Below are positions 63,271 to 64,000 of a stretch of DNA of 64,000 bases, piece after piece. Where the stretch lies: assembly GCF_004010195.1 (NCBI RefSeq), contig NC_057719.1, positions 5,389,029-5,453,028 on the forward strand. Direction: 5' to 3'. Origin of the DNA: Chiloscyllium plagiosum. Lineage: Eukaryota. The notes beneath the pieces were generated by a model. It was given only the letters and a program-made list of their open reading frames with translations, had not been told where the DNA came from and searched no databases. The translations under genes were made by a program, and so were the position numbers. Numbering within the stretch: the first letter of the stretch is position 1; each line of letters begins with the position of its first letter.

Positions 63271-64000
63271 CTAGATTTTAAGCTCCATTTTCATGAATGG
63301 GACATTAAACTGACAATCATCTAACTCAAAGATGAAAGTGCACTGAAACATGTCTGACAGCTTCTCTCCAGTGACTCTTTCACAATCCCACCTTCCATTT
63401 GTGATCCTGGTAATTTATCAACGCTGTCCTTGAGCTTAGCAAACTTACTTGGTTTGGCTGTCAGATTATTGAGTCATATTTACAAACATATCTCTGTAAC
63501 ACATTTAACCATCTGATGTGACTGTTGACAAGGAGGAAGTGTTTAAGGTTTTCAGTGATTTTTCGTTCATAACAGAAAACTCAATCTCACAATAAATCAA
63601 ACACTTATTAGACTATGGAGTTGGTAACAGAAGCCATGAATCTGCAAAACAATGACATATACAATTTTGAATTGCATTACAGAGCCTTGATTAGTGCCTC
63701 AACCAATAGGATATATTTCTGACAACGCAGCATCTGACAATGCATTGGAAAGTCAGATTAGACTTTTCTGCTCAAGATTTTGGAATAGGATTTGAAACCA
63801 ATAATTAATTTTAGACCAAGCAGGTAACCTCTAATTGGCCAGGGCTTAGCATTTGGAATGCAGCAAGGAACGGAACATAACAATTTCTGAATGAAAAAGA
63901 TAATGTATGTCCAAGTTCTTTTGCTTAGATAGTACAGGGTCCTATTGTGAGAATTTGTAGCCTCTGACATGCAAATAAAATACATTGTAAGTCGGACTGA

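Overview
This is repeat-dense vertebrate genomic DNA, very likely from a shark: HE1-type V-SINEs and HER1/CR1-type LINE ends dominate. There are five assembly gaps (16345-16881, 24928-25030, 40819-40820, 52207-52851, 54487-54986). No intact host gene is visible. Most of the window is decayed retroelements: many CR1 fragments, Rex1/Babar and Tx1/L1 LINEs, several SINE families, and at least four Penelope-like families carrying minimal hammerhead ribozyme motifs. There are also a Gmr1-type Gypsy element (PR-IN-RT-RH order), a solo LTR, a Harbinger transposase remnant and a TA-flanked MITE. Two less obvious structures stand out. (1) A five-exon plus-strand pseudogene (about 8579-46506) with phase-compatible splice sites, a signal-peptide-like N-terminus and a hydrophobic GPI/TM-like C-terminus; I cannot name the protein. 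(2) A complete but non-autonomous class-I-like endogenous retrovirus (39359-43847; paired LTRs, CTAG TSD, PBS, env remnant, PPT) whose leader carries a 26-bp tandem array of tRNA T-arm/B-box-like hairpins. All family assignments come from motif recognition by eye; no database searches were run.
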